The position numbers and the translations under genes are program-made. 38,953 nucleotides of DNA from assembly GCA_000320545.1 (NCBI GenBank), contig ADNK01000767.1:1-38953 (forward strand), written 5' to 3'. Origin of the DNA: Bigelowiella natans CCMP2755 (taxonomy: Eukaryota > Protista > Cercozoa). Within the stretch, counting starts at the first letter, position 1, and each line of letters starts with the position of its first letter. The notes under the pieces are model-generated. The model did not search any database, was not told the DNA's origin, and saw only the letters and a program-made list of their open reading frames with translations. This document shows positions 37,810 through 38,953 of the stretch, piece by piece.

Positions 37810-38410
37810 TCTGTATGCTGCACGCGCTGTCATATTGTCGCATTCGTCTGTGGGGGTTTCAACATTCTACAAAAATAAGTAGATGCGTAGGTTCGCGACA
37901 TGCGCTAAAAATAAACATGGTATCAGCTATACATAGTATATGTAGCAGATTTCAGAGGATACCTTGTGTCTATTTATTTATAATTAGCATGTTGTCTTGC
38001 TGGTGCACCTCGCGTACCGTTCAGCACACAAGGGCTACCCTATGCGATGCGAACAGACAACACGCGAGGCATCGCCCTTGTGCAATATGAGGCTACATCA
38101 GATGCTGCTGTGTCTAGTTATGCATGGAATTGCTCTCACGCATTTTGTAGTGTAGCCCACAGCATACTACGATGTTATACGATGAATGCTATGACTATGT
38201 CTAGATGTAGCGTGTTGCTGGAATTGCATGTGTCATAGGGTTATTGCGCTATGGCGCGGCAGCGAGCACGGCTCAATGCAGCAGATCGATGTGTACAAAT
38301 ATATTTTCATACACATCTCCGCTATATACATGACGTAGTTTCAAGCAAATTCTTGCAAGTAAAAAATTATTTTCAACATTATGCATCTAGAGAGAGCAGA
38401 TATGTGTGAC
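37810..38410. other. Convergent-junction tract 4
   Basis: Same RY/palindrome vocabulary, ATGTCTAGATGT at 38197-38208; between the stops of the zinc-finger gene (+) and the last gene (-). Confidence 0.75.
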
Positions 38411-38472
38411 ATTAGCTTGCTTGCTCCAAATGGGCGCAGAGCCGTAGGCGCCAACCCGAACTTCTCCTTCGC

Positions 38473-38953
38473 TCAAGAAATCTGGCCTTTTTGCCATGCA
38501 TGAAAGGCCTCGCCTATGGTCTTGTACTGCGTTCCATCCAGGGCTTTTGGCAGGCACTTCGGCTGCTGGTAGCCTGTTTCCTTCGCCCATGCATCGAAGG
38601 CCTCGCCGATGTGCTTGAACCGGCTGCGATCTAGCTTGGGTTGCTGAGGAGGATGGATATCGTGGTAGTACCGCCCTGCTGCTCCCTTGCGAGGTCTTAG
38701 AGAGAGCATGTAAACCACCATTCTCCCCGGTGGGCCTGCCTGCTTGCGACTGATCGAAGAAGAACCCACTGCTCCACCTTGGGGGTAGGAAGAAGAATAC
38801 CCACCCGCATTCATGTAGTAGCCACCGCCGCCACAGCCGCTGCCGTTTCCAAGAGAAGCAGCTTGCAACGAATTCTTCAGGCAATAAGAGGAACCAGGAG
38901 CGGGAACAAGTGCTGAGGCGCCGCTGCCAGCTCCGCCGGTTCCCCCCCCCCCA
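38473..38953 (-). CDS. 3' end of an unknown gene: Gly/Ser-rich linker followed by a duplicated ~25-30 aa C-terminal motif
   Basis: The frame of ORF 38473..38868 stays open to the window edge. The repeat QQPK-LDRSRFKHIGEAFDAWAK / QQPK-CLPKA-LDGTQYKTIGEAFHAWQK is conserved at the protein level, which supports this frame. Confidence 0.65.
   Translation of the reverse strand, partial: GGGGTGGAGSGASALVPAPGSSYCLKNSLQAASLGNGSGCGGGGYYMNAGGYSSSYPQGGAVGSSSISRKQAGPPGRMVVYMLSLRPRKGAAGRYYHDIHPPQQPKLDRSRFKHIGEAFDAWAKETGYQQPKCLPKALDGTQYKTIGEAFHAWQKGQIS

Overview
Eukaryotic nuclear DNA, very intron-dense, with microsatellite-laden introns. It is most plausibly from a secondary-plastid alga such as a chlorarachniophyte (inferred from two proteins with signal peptide plus Arg/Ser-rich transit peptide). 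Most ORFs in the supplied track are artefacts of microsatellites and introns, so I rebuilt genes by hand-splicing GT/GC-AG introns; outer coordinates are approximate. In order: helical-repeat-like gene (-), coiled-coil gene (+), UDP-xylose synthase UXS1 (-), tRNA-Ser(UGA) (-), GT11-like glycosyltransferase (+), Tic62-family plastid NAD(P)-binding protein (-), NOSIP (+), DUF4239/bestrophin-like membrane protein (-), a small tyrosine-stripped gene (+), GAF-GAF cyclic-nucleotide phosphodiesterase (-), 8-finger C2H2 protein (+), and the 3' end of an unknown gene (-). The most striking signals are architectural. (1) Protein-coding genes strictly alternate strand. (2) Four of five convergent junctions carry a 0.6-0.8 kb tract rich in alternating purine-pyrimidine steps and palindromes, with shared motifs. 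(3) The one junction without such a tract lies in a ~1 kb domain nearly stripped of TpA, where survivors are almost all YTAR. This looks like a localized, both-strand TA(Y)->TG(Y) (A-to-G) hypermutation.
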